The notes beneath the pieces were generated by a model. It had not been told where the DNA came from and made no database searches. It worked only from the letters and a program-made list of their open reading frames with translations. The position numbers and the translations under genes were made by a program. From positions 1-15,805 of the forward strand of contig JBHLLF010000052.1 in NCBI GenBank assembly GCA_048885865.1: 15,805 nt of DNA, read 5' to 3'. Origin of the DNA: Candidatus Hermodarchaeota archaeon. GTDB lineage: Archaea; Asgardarchaeota; Thorarchaeia; Thorarchaeales; Thorarchaeaceae. How positions within the stretch are numbered: the stretch's first letter is position 1; each line of letters starts with the position of its first letter. Below are positions 14,951-15,805 of this stretch, piece after piece.

Positions 14951-15712
14951 ATGGTGTCAATATTGGCCAAGAAGAAGTCCGCAAAACCCAAGGTATCTGC
15001 ATCAATGTTCAAAGTAACTGGTGCTCATGCCAAGATGAAGATTGATCAAAAGAAGAAGAAGATGTTCTACTTCAAAGAGAAGGTGAAGCCAGAGAAAGCT
15101 ATGAAGAATGCCCTCAAGGATGGCGCAGATTTCCTCGAAGTATCTCCTGATGTAGCAAAGGCCTCCAAACCGGCTCTGAAGTATGAATTCTATTGCATCT
15201 ATGATGCAGTTCTCCAGCTCAAATTCCTCCGCCTTAGACGCCAAGAACTCGGTGTCAATGATCAGGTGTCGGGTGCCTTTGTTGGTAAAGAAGTAATTCT
15301 GCCAAAGAAGGGCAAGACAATTCCAGGGAGAGCCCTTCATCTTGAGCTGATTGAACTCTTCGAGCTGAAGAGAACCGACGGAATGACTGTTGATGGGAAG
15401 ACAGGTGGTCCAGCTGATGCTGTTGAGAAACTATTGAAAGGCCCAGGCAAGAAGAAGGCGACGCCCGTGTGGATTCGTAGTAGCAAGATTGCCTCAGGGA
15501 AGTACAACTCGATTGAGAAGGTTGTCAAGACCGTTGCCAAGCTTGCTGGTAGTAGACCATCTGATGCAAAGCGAATTACTGAACACAGTTTGACCTTCAA
15601 TCGGCTTGACGGGTTCTATGTTCCCGTATATTATGTGAAGGTCAAAGCTGGTGAAAAGGCTCAGACAATGCGTGTCAACGGTCTCAATGGCGCAGTATCC
15701 CTTGATATCTAG
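14951..15712 (+). CDS. Basic hypothetical protein
   Basis: 253-aa Lys-rich ORF. Two related segments end in ...TVDGKTG and FYVPVYYV......RVNGLNG (PepSY-like pattern, tentative). The start may be TTG 14963. Confidence 0.7.
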   Translation: MVSILAKKKSAKPKVSASMFKVTGAHAKMKIDQKKKKMFYFKEKVKPEKAMKNALKDGADFLEVSPDVAKASKPALKYEFYCIYDAVLQLKFLRLRRQELGVNDQVSGAFVGKEVILPKKGKTIPGRALHLELIELFELKRTDGMTVDGKTGGPADAVEKLLKGPGKKKATPVWIRSSKIASGKYNSIEKVVKTVAKLAGSRPSDAKRITEHSLTFNRLDGFYVPVYYVKVKAGEKAQTMRVNGLNGAVSLDI

Positions 15713-15804
15713 CCCTCGGACTTGCCCCACCCTCCTCCGCCTGGTGTTTCAATACGGATGATGGCTCCTTTCGGAGCAGTCACTGTGGTCTTGGCTTGCA
15801 GCTC
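15709..15804 (-). CDS. 3' end of a hydantoinase B / 5-oxoprolinase family gene (partial, absent from the ORF track)
   Basis: The reverse strand reads ELQAKTTVTAPKGAIIRIETPGGGGWGKSEG*. IETPGGGGWG is the characteristic C-terminal motif of this family. The stop overlaps the stop of the converging gene within CTAG. Confidence 0.8.
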   Translation of the reverse strand, partial: ELQAKTTVTAPKGAIIRIETPGGGGWGKSEG

Positions 15805-15805
15805 A

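Noticed and set aside
210-15730. Remaining short (60-145 aa) ORFs nested in or antisense to the larger genes
   Set aside because: They overlap well-supported CDSs and show no recognisable motifs, so they are treated as shadow ORFs.

Overview
A gene-dense archaeal chromosomal segment. The mix of an archaeal-type GluRS, eS25, a longin-fused Arf-like small GTPase and an ESCRT-II (Vps22/EAP30)-like domain points to an Asgard archaeon, possibly Thorarchaeia; this is inferred from gene content only. The left part holds housekeeping and metabolic genes: a partial C-N hydrolase, an M20/ArgE-DapE hydrolase, a membrane-anchored protein, AlaX, a GlmU-like protein with degenerate active-site motifs, and an HEXXH protein. 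The ORF track misses the N-terminus of ribosomal protein eS25, which has no in-frame ATG/GTG/TTG start and carries a long Lys-rich repeat tail. The centre (6436-11897) is a candidate eukaryote-like trafficking/signalling locus: a coiled-coil protein ending in an ESCRT-I/SHOCT-like hairpin, a longin-Arf GTPase, a translationally coupled uDENN/longin-like winged-helix protein, a multi-zinc-finger protein, and a divergent 767-aa coiled-coil/Ig-like/Vps22 fusion. The right part holds a YdjM-like membrane hydrolase, a small Cys-rich protein with an acidic Trp-terminated tail, gltX, a basic hypothetical protein and the 3' end of a hydantoinase B/oxoprolinase gene. I saw no rRNA, tRNA, CRISPR array or mobile element. 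All family assignments come from motif recognition by eye; no searches were run.
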